DNA of 64,000 bases from Bugula neritina (Eukaryota > Animalia > Bryozoa): contig OZ037768.1 in the NCBI GenBank assembly GCA_964035545.1, positions 20,939,700 to 21,003,699 on the forward strand, in the 5' to 3' direction. Each line of letters opens with the position of its first letter. Position 1 is the first letter of the stretch. Made by a program: the position numbers and the translations under genes. A model generated the notes under the pieces. That model was not told the origin of the DNA. It worked only from the letters and a program-made list of their open reading frames with translations, and did no database searches. This document shows, one piece after another, positions 27,601 to 42,600 of the stretch.

Positions 27601-30600
27601 CTGTTGTATGATTAGGTGCGAGATCTAGAAACTAGACTAGAAAATAATACCAGCGAGTTTCTCACCTCTAGGTTAGACAAAAAAAAGTTGTAGAAGGTAG
27701 AAGTTGATCAGCTCAGCCAAAAAGTTGCAGACAAGACACACAGACATTTAAAGGTAGAGAAAAAGAGACAGAGAGAGAGAGGGCGAGTAGAAAACATAAG
27801 CTAGATTACCAGCTGAACCTATCGGTTGATCAGACGCCAGGTGTAGTGCAGGTGTAGTGCAAGTATAGTGCAGGTGTAGTGCAGCGTATTTACCTGTCTC
27901 CCCCTATGGCAACCCCTTCGAACACGCCGTCCGTGTTGTGAGAAATGATGTTATTGAGTTCATTAGACATCCCACCGGAACGGGACACATAGGCCACGCT
28001 GCCTGGTCGGTAGAGCTTTGATGCCAGGATGTTATCCATCATGCCCCCTGTGTTACCAATCTTGAGACACCCTGGTTTGATACCACCAACCTAGACCACA
28101 CACACAGAAAATAAGTGCTAAATATACTACACTCCGGTTTCTGTTTGTATAGCCACTTCTATTACAGTATTTCTGTCTAGACTTACAGTGGCCGGGCCTA
28201 TAATGCTGACTCTTTTCTCATTGGCTGCTCTCAATATTTCCCTAGTCTTGTTCTCGGGAATCCCTTCAGCTATGATGGCGATGCATTTGATTTGTGGGAA
28301 TTGCAGAGCCTCCATGGTGCTGTCGTAAGCAGAACGCAAGGACGCGAAATTAACCAGGACACTGGCCTCAGGGTGTTTGTTCATGGCATCAGCCATCTGC
28401 TTGTATACTGGTGGGAAGATACCACTTTGTGTCAAGGGAAAACGACACAGCAATCGCAACAATCAAATATATTAAAATAAAATATTAGTCAAAGATGCTG
28501 TCAGTTCAAAAAAGTGATCTGCTATATTATAACCTGTTCTTTATCTGTTATAAAACAATAATATAAATTGTATTATAGTAATATAACTGTAGTAACATAG
28601 CAAATAACAGCTGTAATATAGTAATATAACATTTGTAACATAATAAAACAAATACAACATAGTTAATAAAAGAGTTGCAATATAGTAATGCATTAGTTGT
28701 AATTTAATAATATAACTGTAATGTAGTAATAGAATCGTAGTAATATAGTAATATAACAGCTATGGTATAGTAATAAAACAGTTGGATGTAATAATATAAT
28801 AGTTACAACAATGTGAAGTTGTTGCAAACCTACTTGGCACTAAAATCTCTTTGTGTCCCCAGTAAAACTTCTGCTTATGGTCACCACTAAAAGATAATTT
28901 CAAAATGCAGCACATTTGAATGCATATATTACCTACTCATACGGATATTCTACCTACTCATATGCATATAATATCTACAGGCATGCCAGTATGCATATAT
29001 TACACCATTGAATGCATAGGCTATATAACACACTTAAACGCATGTCTGTGTGTGTATACATTACACAGTATGAGGTAGGAATATGTTTTGTACACTATTT
29101 ATATATGAAAACATGGACACAGGTCTTACACATTTTCTCCAGTGTTGGGAAATTATATTTTTATAAGATTAGATACTTCTAAGAGTCTTACAAAAACAGA
29201 TTATTTGAGTATTTCATAAAAATGCAATCTGTTGCACCGCTTATTGGAATCCCGAGCTTTAATACCAGCCGGTGCCGAGTCAAGTCACCACCTCTGCTTT
29301 ACTTACAGATTTTTTGTTGCAATCAATTTTAAAACAATTTCAAGTTTTTTTTCTGCTGTATTCTGGAATCTATTGGCCGAAGTCTGGTTTAATATTCCTT
29401 CATTATCTTACAGATATAGCATAATTGCCATAAATACTGTGCAAAAAGTTCACTTGCACGTGTTCATCAGACTAATGTAGTGTAATCGAACAAGTTTAAA
29501 TAATCCCTGACAGAAGTTTTAGCGTTGCTAACTATGAGTTGGTGATATTATGTGGAGCGATATCTAATCCCAGTATGTTATAACAGTGTTAATATTTACT
29601 AAACAGGGGAAGACAAATCTACAAGTATGTAACACTGAGGTGTACTCGCATACCTTATATAATTAATAAATTTTACTGTAAATCATGGAACAGGACAAAA
29701 CAAAATGATTCTAATGATACACCCTATGAATAAGTTATGGTAAATTTGCAAGGCCTGCTGTGCCTTTATACACATTAAAAACCGGTAATAAGTGGGTATA
29801 TGTTGATAGTTTACACTAACATTAGTGGGTATATATTCATAGTTTACACTTACATTAGTGGGTAGGTCATAGCCACCACACTGGGCGTCTTCCTGCTACA
29901 CACGTGGTCAAAGTCCAACATGCCCTGAACAGCTCGGTTCTGCATGCCCCACACAATAGCCTGAGTTTTATTAGTAAACAGAGAGGAAGTACTGGATGCC
30001 TTAGCTGCCCCCTCCTCCACGGATTGCTTGCGGCTAGAGAGTGGTGAGCCCTGTAAAATATTCACAGCTTACATACATGTTTGTTTGCTAAAAAAAAATT
30101 ATAATAAAATTTCAGATTGAAAACATATTTCAACAACGTCTACTATGATTAACAGAAAACACACGCAAAACCTATTAAACCACATCTTAGCATGCTGAAA
30201 CAGAACAGCTGGCGCTACTGCAACACACACAGGAAGCCGAGCTCTGTAGAAATATACAGTCAGACTACAGTCAAAGATACACCGTATTCTATGAACACAA
30301 CAATCAAAACACTGCAAGTAAAGTATATCTAAGCTAATCACACACAACTTATATTTGTGACGTCAGCCTATAACCAAATATGCTACATGCAAAGCTGCAA
30401 TGGTATAAGCAAATGGGGAGGCAGTGGAAGGCTACAATATTCAAGGCTTACCAAGTTCTTGGCTGATGCATTCTAAAATCCAATCAGCTTACATAATGTA
30501 ATGGGACCAAACAGCAACAGTTTAACATTATTTATCATGTGTGTTTCATTACAAAGTAGAATACTAAACATGGTTCAACTTGCAATCTTGTTTAAAACCT

Positions 30601-33600
30601 GCCATATTGAAAAACTACAAACGGTTAATTTCATGTTCCAAAATTCAAGAGGAGTTGTCTTCTTTTATAGGAATACAAGGGCAGTTTTTATAAGGCACTC
30701 ATATGTGTTTGTCTTTAATCTACAGCCTATCCTTTGGAGAAACTGGACAAGTGTTAAGCTACGAACTTTGTTGCCCACTCTTAGGTTTAAAATAATAAAA
30801 CTGCCAATAAGCAGAAAATATTCATTTCATTCACAATCGTACAACAAAATAAAGGCCTGGCCTCACGCTCGTCTATTTGACACGAAAACGCAAACATACA
30901 ATCAAATTTGAGGGAATTCAAACAAAATCGTCTTCGTTGGGTGCACCCAATGAAGACGATGGATGAAAAATCGCAATTAACGATAAGCACCATTTAATTG
31001 GTCAATAGAATTTTAGCAACAGTAATTATTTCATTTTTACCACATTTCTCTGTTTGGCAACTTTCTGCTGTTTGTATCTCGTGCAAGACTCATTCACAAA
31101 CTATTTATTATGTGTTTGCGACGAGTGTGTGGCTAGTCATAACGAGAGGATAACTCATGAAAATCGTCACACAAGTTTCGTGGGATTCTCACAAGCGTGA
31201 GGCCAGGCCTTTAGTAATGTTATAAATTCAATGGTGTAAAATAAACACACGTAGAACTGCATAAAATATTTCCCTACAAATTATCAATATGCAACATACA
31301 TCATACAAAATACAACCTCAAACAACTACAAGTTTTCACATTGCAACTATATAGCGCTGCATGGTCTGCATAAAGATGATAACTCCAATTAAATTGTCAA
31401 AATATCAAAAATAAATTCACTAAATTTTGTCTCTGATTTGATGATGCAGGGCATGTCTTTTAGCTGGGTTAGGTATTACCAAAATGCGAGTTTTTTCCTT
31501 CAACTTTCAACAACTTTATTCGCTAAAATATCTAGTCCTGGTTCAGGGTGTGACGTAACATAGACCAACAAACCTGTGGTGTATCATGACTATCAGGCAG
31601 AAGGAAGTTAGCCGTGGTGTGAGTATGGTGGTGTGACGCAGTAGGGACGGTCACACGCTGCACCCGCTGCTCCTTTCCCAAAGCCATACCCACTATGGCC
31701 GTCATGTGAGTCTCAGGTCCAAACACCTCTAGCGGCAGGCCGAGGGTCTGTCCTGTAACAGAACACTACAGTTAGTGGGTCTACAGGCAGTCATTCTATA
31801 AAGCTGTAAGAATTAAATTCAAACATGTAGCTTTATTACAAGACAGAGCAGCTTGATGTCTATAAATAAAATGTCAGCTCACCAACTTCTCTCATAACCC
31901 TGAGACCCTCCTGGTAGTTCGGACCAGCTCTTCTTACATATATCTTTACCTGGTGGTCCTTCAGCAGCTGTTGATACTCTCTCAGCGCTTTCACTATACC
32001 CTGAATTACACAGTAGACACTACAGTATACAGTAGACACTACAGTATACAATATACAATACAGTATACAATATACAATACAGTATACAATATACACTACA
32101 GTCTACACTACGGTATACAGTACACACTACAATATACAGTAGATACTACAGCATACAGTATACAGTACACACTACAATATACAGTAGATACTACAAGCAT
32201 ACGGTAGATATTACAATATACAGTAGATACTACAAGCATACAATACACATTACAATATACAGTAGATACTACAATATACAGTAGATACTACAGTATACAG
32301 TAGATATTACAAGCATACAGTACAACAAGACAGAGTGCCTGTACCTTGAAGGTGGCTGCTACATTAGTGAAGTTAGCAATTCCTCCGCCGATGATAAGAA
32401 CTTTACCATCCGGGTGTTTGCTGCTGCTTGTCATGAGAGATAGCAGAGTTTTAGCATACTCATATGTCTGAGTTTCACTGGGGGCGCCTGAGTACTCCCC
32501 GTAATTAGCTAGTTCTGAGGCTCCGCCCATATCACATATTGTATCCCTACAGAGGTAGTGCGGAGAGTTACGGGTAATGTATTATTAGCACTCTCACCAG
32601 GTTTCTATATCACGCATATCTCTGTCACGCAAACAGAGCAAACAATAGGCTTTCTGATGTCATCAAATATTTTACAGTTTAAAATCAGAGGGCATAAGTA
32701 GAACCATATTACATTATTTTAAAAGTGGCAGGTTTGGGAATTAAAGTACACGCAGTCTTAAAAACTCAATACTGATGATAATAAAAAAGTATTATTATAT
32801 TATTATTCTCAACTATAAAATAGACTGGTTGTATCTCAATAGAACTAAAACAAGTATAATATATCTTCAGTTTTAGGAATGATCTAGAAATTTCATTACA
32901 GCCAATACACCTGTTACATGCTTAAAACTAACCGAACTTTACACAATGCTAAACCAAAAATACAGACTGAATATGTAAATACTTACGCGTAAATGACCGA
33001 GGCTCCACCACCAGCTACCATAGTCCAAATTCTACCCTCCCTATTCAGTACGGTGAGTTTGAGAGACGCCCCCGACTTGCTGTCCAACTCCTGGATGTAA
33101 GCCTCCTAAAACACAAACACCAACATTGCCTCTCACCAATTAGAGTGCAGGACAGACAACTTCCACTCTCGTAATGCATAGTAGACTGACTAACCTCAGG
33201 ATACGCTTCCCGTCCAAACGGGGCGGGGTACTCTATCTCCCCCCATTGCACTTTACACAGATACTCAGCGCACTGGTCCAGCTTAGCTGCCAGGTCAAGG
33301 ATGTAGATTTTACCCTCTCTTATGACTGTAATAGAAGATCTCACGCAGTGGTCAAACAAGAACATTCCAGAATACACAACACGGGGTAAACTGAGTATAG
33401 CGGTTAGGCACACTGTTAACATATTAGATACTATACAATGATGTAGCTATAGAAAGAGTTGGTAAAAAGTATAAAAGTTTTTCACAATCAGAGACTTCCT
33501 GAAACTTTTTGCAAGTTTTAGAAAATTTGCAAAATGACTTCTTTAGTAATATTGTGGTGCTTGCAAAAAATCAATTTCACTTTAGAAAGCGATGAATTAG

Positions 33601-36600
33601 ATAAAACAATATTTAAAAAAATAGACAAATTATAAAACAAAAGATGTAAGAATTGAAATATATTAAAAAAATTTGATTTGCACTGTTGGGAGGGGAAATC
33701 CTACCATTACATGTATAAAAGGACACATGCAGTGACAACTTACCTAAAGGATTGATTTCCATGTAAGTGAAATGGAGATTTCTATAAACTATATACAGTG
33801 CTTCGATGAATTTTCCGACTAAACTGTAAAATATACCAGCCACATGAGTATGACAACTGCTAGCACACAAGTATTATAAGAGCACAGTAAAGATAGACCA
33901 ACATGATGAAGTTTATAATAGCTGCTAAAATAACATCAATTGTTATCTTGTTCACTACAGAGTGAAAATAACCAAGTGTTGAAAATATCTATTATTTATA
34001 GTATATGTATGAAATAAAAATATGATCTCAGAAAAATTCTTGCCCCGAAGTATAGAAGGTAGATATTTCGTAGTGGAAGACTGCATGAAAGATAACAAAA
34101 TTAATTCGTTTATCTTGCTTTTCATGGCACGTGTTCATTTGCTCACAACACAGAAATACGCAGACACAGGGAGTTATCTAGTATCTACCCATTAACAGTG
34201 TTTATAAACCACCTACCTCTTGACACTCTCATCAGTGAGATTAACCAATAGCGTTTGAGAGATGTCAGCGTCAGTGGGCAGAGTCGCTCCAACCTTGACC
34301 TCCATTTTCAAAGCCTGAATAACAGACAGTATGAGTATTATATGTGAAGATACAATATCAGTATTATGTGTGAAAATACAGTATGAGTATTATATGTGAA
34401 GATACAGTATCAGTAGTAAATGTGAAGAGACAGTTGTTAATAGAATAGAATAAAAAATCATTATACCACTTCAATCAATATTAAAATATATAGTTTAACT
34501 TATTCAAAAAGCAAACTGTACGTCAGGCCATAGAAGGTTACAAATCAGTTACTACAACCGCAATTCAAATAACACACCAACCGGTAGGCTAAAATATTCT
34601 TCAGACAGATGGAAAAAAGATGAATGACATTTCTTGGCGACAGTTAAACTAGACTTTTGTCAAAAATAAAAAATGACATTATTCTTTTCCACGAATTTAA
34701 TTATAATGGTATTAAATTATTTTTGAGTAAATACATGAATATTTTAGACCCCACAGCACAAACCCTGGGCTATGTGACAATGGAATAAACACACACAGAA
34801 CCACTACTTGTACAGTACCTTGGCTTCAACATCCCCCACATCGACCCCTCCTTCATGGTGGAACAATATTGTGTCAGCAAATCTGTGTGAATAGACACAC
34901 ACATAGCTCTCCTCACTCTGTCAACATTGAAATAGCATCACGCATTGTGATGAAGCAAGCCAGGCTACTATAGTACACACAGTACACACAAGTACAGCTT
35001 GTGTGTTTTGCAGAGTATTTGCAGTCACTATTGTAAGACATCTATTCACAGACTTGAACAAAACATACTGTAGTCAGAAATATAAGCAAGAGCAGTTCAA
35101 CACACTGCAAAGTTGTGTGACTCCTACTTAGATATTCCAGTACAGACAAACAGACAGGCAAATACTAGTAAATTATACACTGTGCTCTGGTAGATTCTTG
35201 ATTGTGTTTACTGTCAAAAACAATGAAATATGAGACTCATTGTTATAAATATTATTTATGTGGTGGTGAAACTATAATTCATTTTGCTATAAATACACAG
35301 AACATTGCAGATGCTGTTATCCAGTAACTTCAACCAACTCACCTGTTCATGTGGCACAAGTGGCTCTATAATGAATGACTTGAGGTAGCCAGTACTCTTT
35401 CCTATCTACAACATTAGAGATATATGGTTAGACATCAGAGTAGAATATATAATGTACAGTACTATCTCCATATCTCACTGACCCATTTCTCAGGAAACTC
35501 AATAGGTCGGGGTTTGCCTCCCCCCACCGGTTTCTGGCTCATGTATGTGTGTAGAGACAAAATGGCCGAATATAACGGTATGCGAGTTAAATCTGGTGTT
35601 CTATTAAATCACAGTGCCAGCAGCTTAAACATCGTAGGCATCCAGGTTATTTTGATAAAATCAATTACTGTTAATTAAAAGATCATACTTTTTTAGTTGC
35701 ATTCACAAAATATATACAAAAAATCTCAACTCAATATACCAGAAAAAATGAATTAAAATATATGTGTTAATAGCACTGATATTGACGTGACCGTGGCACA
35801 TGAAAAATCTGAAAAAAGAGTTGTCTTCTATTTTTCTATATTAATATATAGAGCTTGTCGTGAAAATAAAGATTTTTTAAAAAAAATATTGTGACCCTCT
35901 GGTAACTTCCTGAATTTAGAAAATTAGCTCATATATTTCTTTTCATGTGGACAACAGCTCACTTTTTTTTAAATTTATTTTGAAGCTCTTTTCGTAAAAA
36001 ATAATCAAAAGTAAAAAATCCAAAATTTTTACAAATTGGTTCGGGGCTTGACGTGAAAGGCATTTGGACGAAGATGTCAAGGTCACCATTAATAAATTTA
36101 TTTTATCACAATTCACAATACTGCACGGAAAGTTAATGAAGTGAGCTGAAAATTAGGTTGCTAGCATATTGATATACATTATATTGATTGTTGCAGTATT
36201 ATTTTTTAAATTTGTTTTGTTATCAGTTATGTTTAACTTCTTCATAGAGCTGCTGTCAGACTAAGAGTAAGACATAATATTAGCAACAATGATAATATTA
36301 AATTAAAATTATTATTAAATTCACGGTGAAGTATCACTATCACTATGAGTATGAGTATCGTATAAATTAATTATGAGTATGAGTATCACTATGACATTAA
36401 CTCAATCAGTGATTGACTATTACTATGAATATGACTATGCATAACTCAATGAGAATATCAATATGAATATGGCTTCTAATTCTTGTAACTTTTGACTATG
36501 ACGATGCTGATACTGATACTGATAGTGATAATCACTGCCAGCCCAAGTCTCATACTCATAGTGATACTATTACTATTAATAATTAGTATTACTATTAGTA

Positions 36601-39600
36601 CAACTACTAGTATTACTCATAGTTCTGATAATGATGCAGATGATAGTTTTAAAAGTTCTACTTCTACTTTTATAGTAAGCTAGATTGTATATTATGTTGA
36701 ACTCGACTCATTTTTTACTACTAATGCTAATACTAATAGTAATAGTAATACTAATAATAATTATAGTTGTTATAATGATAGTAATACTTATAGTAATAAT
36801 AACTATTTCAATTTGATAATTTATGTTATATAACAGCATTATCGCTTATCAATTACATTGGTTCATAATATGCTTATTTTAATTTTGCTTTGTGTGTTTT
36901 GTCATGTTGTAAATTTAAGTTCGTATGGTTATTTAATGAACTAGAGAACTAGCCAAATGTTATGTAACGGTTGCAGTAATTTACTATAAACTCAGTGAAA
37001 TTTAAAACCTAATTGATATTACTATGACATTGATTGTACAGAGGTAGCTAAAATATACATTAAATTACCAATAATTTTAACTCGCCAATATACTATGAGT
37101 AGAACAACCAAATGCAATGATAGAAAATTAATTAGTCATAGCAGCCCGTTGCTTGAGGAACATTGAGCTACAGGTCTAAAATGATGTAGTCTTGTGATCC
37201 CTTATATAACAAAATAATTTTTTTAAACTGGTTTAATACTTTTATTATAAACACGCTTATCAAAGTAACATGTTTTTGATGTATATTCTATTAAAAAAGC
37301 AATCACATCAGGTTTTCAATTTGTATGTTGTACATATGGTGACAAGTTACTAAATTATATGGTTCAGCTTTGTAAAGTAAAGCTGATAAAATAAAAACAA
37401 TTATGTGATTGTTTTACTGCTATATATTAAATTTAAATGAGTTGAATAATATCCTAGTGCAGTGAATTAGATATTTTTTTAGCTTTGGTACACCTGTTTG
37501 TTATAGGCTAACATTCCACCAATAGAAGAATGGTGCAAGTAGAAGAAATTTCAGGCGCAAAAAGCTAAGGAGCAGTCAGAATGCTGCCAGAGTTGTGAAG
37601 AGGCACTTGAAAAAGCTGAATTTCAATAATGACATGAAATTCGTAACAGATCACCCTGGTGTATTTGAACTGACATGGCCAGCAGAGTTCTCGAAGTCAC
37701 ATACAACAGCTATTTACATCATCATGGTTAGCTTAAATTTAATTCCTATATCAGTCTCTAATATATAGTTTGATATCTGCTGTAAATTCGTTTAAGGAGC
37801 ATACACATAACCAAAACTGAGTTACACTATAGTATTTGTTCTTGAATATATTTACCAAGATTAGTAGATTTGCTAATTCATTAACAGTAAAATTATAATG
37901 ATACAACAATTTTTCTTTTAGATGATTCAATCAATAACACAAGACACTACAACATGGTTTTGCAGTTATAGAGTATTAATTTTCTGGCTCTTTCCAAATC
38001 TTCATAGAAGGCAAAGAAAACCACTGTCAGCTTGCCTTTATAACTGAGTGCACGCGTCTTCCACCTACAGATGATGATAAACAATTTGCTGGTGTGGAAC
38101 TTTCTAATTTTGTTTACAATGAAGATAGATTATAGGACATTATTCTTTATGTAAAGATTGTCAAGTTTTGTTATAATTAAGAACAGTTTTAGTTTCAATA
38201 AATCGGTTCAACATTATGGACATCATTGCACAAGCATTTTAATCTTTACTATCTACAAAGGTATCTGATGTACTACTTGAAAATACAAAACTATGCTCCA
38301 GATACACAATGAACTGACCAGCAAAGTTAAAATGAGTTGGAGATGTAGAACATAATATCTTGTTCAAGGCTTTTCCCTGCTGTTGGAACCTTCTACTTCA
38401 GAACACTGAATTGAACAAACATATGTAAATATATGAAACTTTGCAAACAATAATAATGTGAAATTACTTGCTAAGTATTACATTGCTAATAAATACAGCA
38501 TTGTGTAATGTTTTATTTAATTTTTTTTGAGCCATTTGATCTATAGGCCCGCATAGTATTTACTATATTATAACTAATAAATTGCAGACACATTATGTCA
38601 GACCAGTTTCCATTTAAATAGAATCGTGTAGGCTATCAAATTTGTAGAAGTAAAAAACCGCATTCTTATTGAGTAAAATACTTGCCTTTTTTTCATGATG
38701 CCTCTACTGCTAAAAGAGAAGTTTTTATCAACACAGCTCCATCAATCTGTATCCTGATGAAGCTAGTAGTTTAGGAACATTTGTGGCGGGGAGTGTAGGC
38801 TGAGCTGCAGTATAGGAAGAACCCCAACATATGTAATCTATTCAGCACATTATATGTATATTTATTCAAAAAAGAATTTAGAAAATGCTTTATGAAGCAT
38901 GAACAAAGTAAAAATTAATGCTGGTGAAAGTAATATTATTACAGCCATTAGAATACTAGCAGCTATAGCATTAAAATTATGTATTTTCATAAAAACGTGT
39001 CTAATTTATGCTACAAAGTTATTACTGCCAAAGGTTATAAAATTTACCAGTCACATTCATGCAGCTGACGGAGAAAAACTAACTTTCATATGCAATAAAT
39101 ACAATTAGTAGCTCAATCTAAAACTAATGCGCTATTAAATGTTAGGAGTATAAGTTATAGTTATTCTAAGGAATAATTGCAAAAAAAGTTACTTAGAGGA
39201 ATTTAACTCTTATTATAATGTAATTATCTTCCAAGATATATTACAACATCACTACTTGGATGCATACAATGTCATATTTATATTGGCAACAACATAATTT
39301 TCAATAATTTCCAATCTATTAACTTGAGCATTATGATTGTGATTATTTTATAAATAAGGCGATGATTAGGCACTGTTGGTATTTTGGTTCAATTTATTAA
39401 TAGCTGTAACAGGCAGAGTTGTAAATATAATGGATATATCAAAATTCCAATGGGTATAGTACTCTAACACAACATTGATACTGATAATTGTAGCCACTTA
39501 CTCTTAGAGTTAGTGAATAATGATACAGTCATAACAATCTGAATATCAATCAGCATTAGAGATAGGCTGACTGCTTTATAATATTATAGTTATTGTGTCA

Positions 39601-42600
39601 AATTGAATTTATTCACTATAACTATAAAAATTATGATTATAATTATAAATTAAAATAATTTAAATATTATATAATATATTGATAATTATTGGAATCATAA
39701 TTATATTTATTGTTATGATCATTATGATTATAATTATTTAATATTATCTTTGTTTGTATTTAAAGTTGTTCCTTAAATTTAAAGTTGTTTAAGTTTTATA
39801 AATTTATTCTAATTATATTACTTTATAAGTATTGCTATTAGTATTAGTATAATTAAATTATTATAATTTATATTTTATGATTTATATTATTATTTATTTT
39901 ACTTTTTATTTTAAGACCAGCAGTTCAAATTAATACTTGTGTCGTTTGCTTTATATTATAACTTACAAGTATAACGATTAACATAATAATATTACATTTG
40001 TTATTAGTATTACTATGAATATAAATATTTATATTAATATAAATAAAGCTATCGGTATAACTTATACTTATAGTTATAACTAATATTATAAGTAATAGTT
40101 TCGAAACTGATCCTGCTCCGTAACATTAACATACTGATACTGTCATATGATTATCATTATGACTAATAATAGTAATAATAAATATAACCATTGAATATTA
40201 TTAATAATAGTTCACCAATAGGCGATAGTCATAGACTTAGAGTGAGAGTCATAGACATAGACTAGTGATACTCATACTGATACTGTGATTCAGTTTCACT
40301 GATTCAGTTACAAATTTTAAAACTTGGTTTTACGTAGACAACTACTAACCTATAATTCATTACAAAACGGTTGAAAATCATCATTTACTGCATATTTAAG
40401 AGTAATTTTCTGGTAGTGTGGTCGACATGATAATTGAAATTAAAATAGGGAAAATAATTATTTTGTGATTTACAGCAAGTTACAAACTAGCGAAATGGAA
40501 TAGTCCATTTGAAAACAGTCAAATTAGTTACCTTTCTTGATGTTGCGTAGCTAACGTTAGTTATTAGTAGCCGCCCGAAGAGTAACATTCATGTGATTTG
40601 AACTACGAATAACGAGAATCTGTGACAAACCCGCTTCTTAATAACTTTACGCGATATAAACTCACGCTACAATAGGGCTATTTTGCCATCCCCACGTCAG
40701 AATAGGACACGGAGGGCACGCTCGCGGGCAAGTCTGGGCAAGTCCAAGACACCTAATATGACCACTTTTACTTACATTTTTGTAGTGTTTTCGTATAAGA
40801 AATTGGATAAAATGTTGATAAAACAGTTGAAAAGCATGCAAACTTTTGCTCAAATGTAATAAATAACCTGGAAGCTTACCGCCTTTAAGGAAATACGGAG
40901 GAAGTACTGTATTGTATTACATGATTTGCAGACGTTGAGCAGTCATTCCCAATGATGGTGGTATATAGAGGCTCTAGCACACACACATGCATGCATGACA
41001 TGGCAACATCAAATACTAATGTAATAGTGATGTTATACCTCTACTAGATCAGCCAGCTTAAAGGAGACAGAGTTGATGGTGTGCTAATATATTACTCAAT
41101 AATACACTGGATAAAGTCTCTTTCTACATAGTATTGGAACTTGTAGCCTACCCGGTCTTTTAGTATCACTAGTAGAAACGCATAACTTCATTTATTCCTT
41201 TTTTTCAGTAAAAAGTTTTAAATTTTGCTGTCTCCAGTGATTGTAGCTACTTGATTTTATAGACCTAGAATTCTCAAAATTTATCCACTCAGCTCTATCA
41301 TTTAAAATTGACTTGGTAGTGTATTGGATAAGAGTTCACTTCAGGAACAGAAGGAGGGAGAGAGGGTGGGGAGGTTCTAGCCCCTTCTGCTGTCTAAACC
41401 TTATAGCAACTTACTTGCACCTTGCTGGCCACCTTCTCTGCAATCCATTGCTTAATTTCAGTGAGATCAGCGTTGAGCTTGATGAGACCCAATTTACCTC
41501 TTCTTTTGATCAGTTGATCAGGCTTAGCTATCAGTTTCTACAGCAGAGTAATATGGGATAACTACGTGGGCTATACAGAGATAGAGAACTAAGGCTAGAT
41601 AGAAGTAGTATGCACAGGCTATACAGGAATGGTAAACAATGCATTTATCACAATCTGTAAGTCCACCACAAGAGATAGCACAGCCAGCATGGTGTAGTAG
41701 GTGGCTGCAAGTGTTCCAAAGTGATGCATAGTGCTTTGAGCTTTGCTTCAACACTGCATTATGTAGTTTCTGTAAGGCTGTGGATATTCATATATAAAAA
41801 TTGTTCTAGAATCTATTTATATTATCTAAAAATAAGGTCGCTTTGGATTTTGTTGGCATTAACACATAGCCGTAATACATTGGCGTAATACATTGGCGTA
41901 ATACATTGGCATAATACATAGGCTATTCTGAAGTGTTCAAAATGTCAATACAACTTGTCTTTTTATGACAAGTAAAATCATAACTAACAAGCTGTTCCAT
42001 TTTAACTATGACTACTGGTAGAAATGCAGTAACTGTCTTAGAAATTTCTCCTGTTGCTTTTAGAATTGAACACTAGACCTGCAGATTATTGGTAATTGAT
42101 CGTAGAACAAGATACATTGCAGTTGCCAGCATGTTGAGTAGATGCAGGGCTTTCAATAATTAATGAATGTCAAATGTATTACATTATATAAACAGTCAGC
42201 TAAAGAATGGAGGATAATAGGCTATAGATTTAAGCATTTCCTTTGCTGTTAGAAAACAGCAAACTTTCTAGCAATGTTGCCATCTGCAAGATCTCTTACA
42301 GAAATTAGGAAAAAGTAGGCAGCTATAACCCCAAGTTGAATAAAAATTTTTTAGCCTCAGGACTTATGAGGACATTTCCGTTGTAAGATAAACTAGAAGT
42401 TGGTTCACAATTGGGTTTAGGCTTTGATCCTGTAAGCATCAATCCTAAGTCAAAAAAATTTCCAAAAAAAAAAAAATATTTTGCCTGTAGCTCGGACAGT
42501 AGTACTGACTAATGTTGTGAATTTAGAAAACTGGTATTCATAATAAAATAACAGCAGCAGAGGTTTGGCATTTATAAAACTTAGATTTCAAGCTGCCTAA

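Noticed and set aside
36492-36683. Hydrophobic membrane-protein-like ORFs (also 45040-45225, 46574-46777, 53962-54168, 63605-63790)
   Set aside because: By-products of the (ANT)n periodic tracts.
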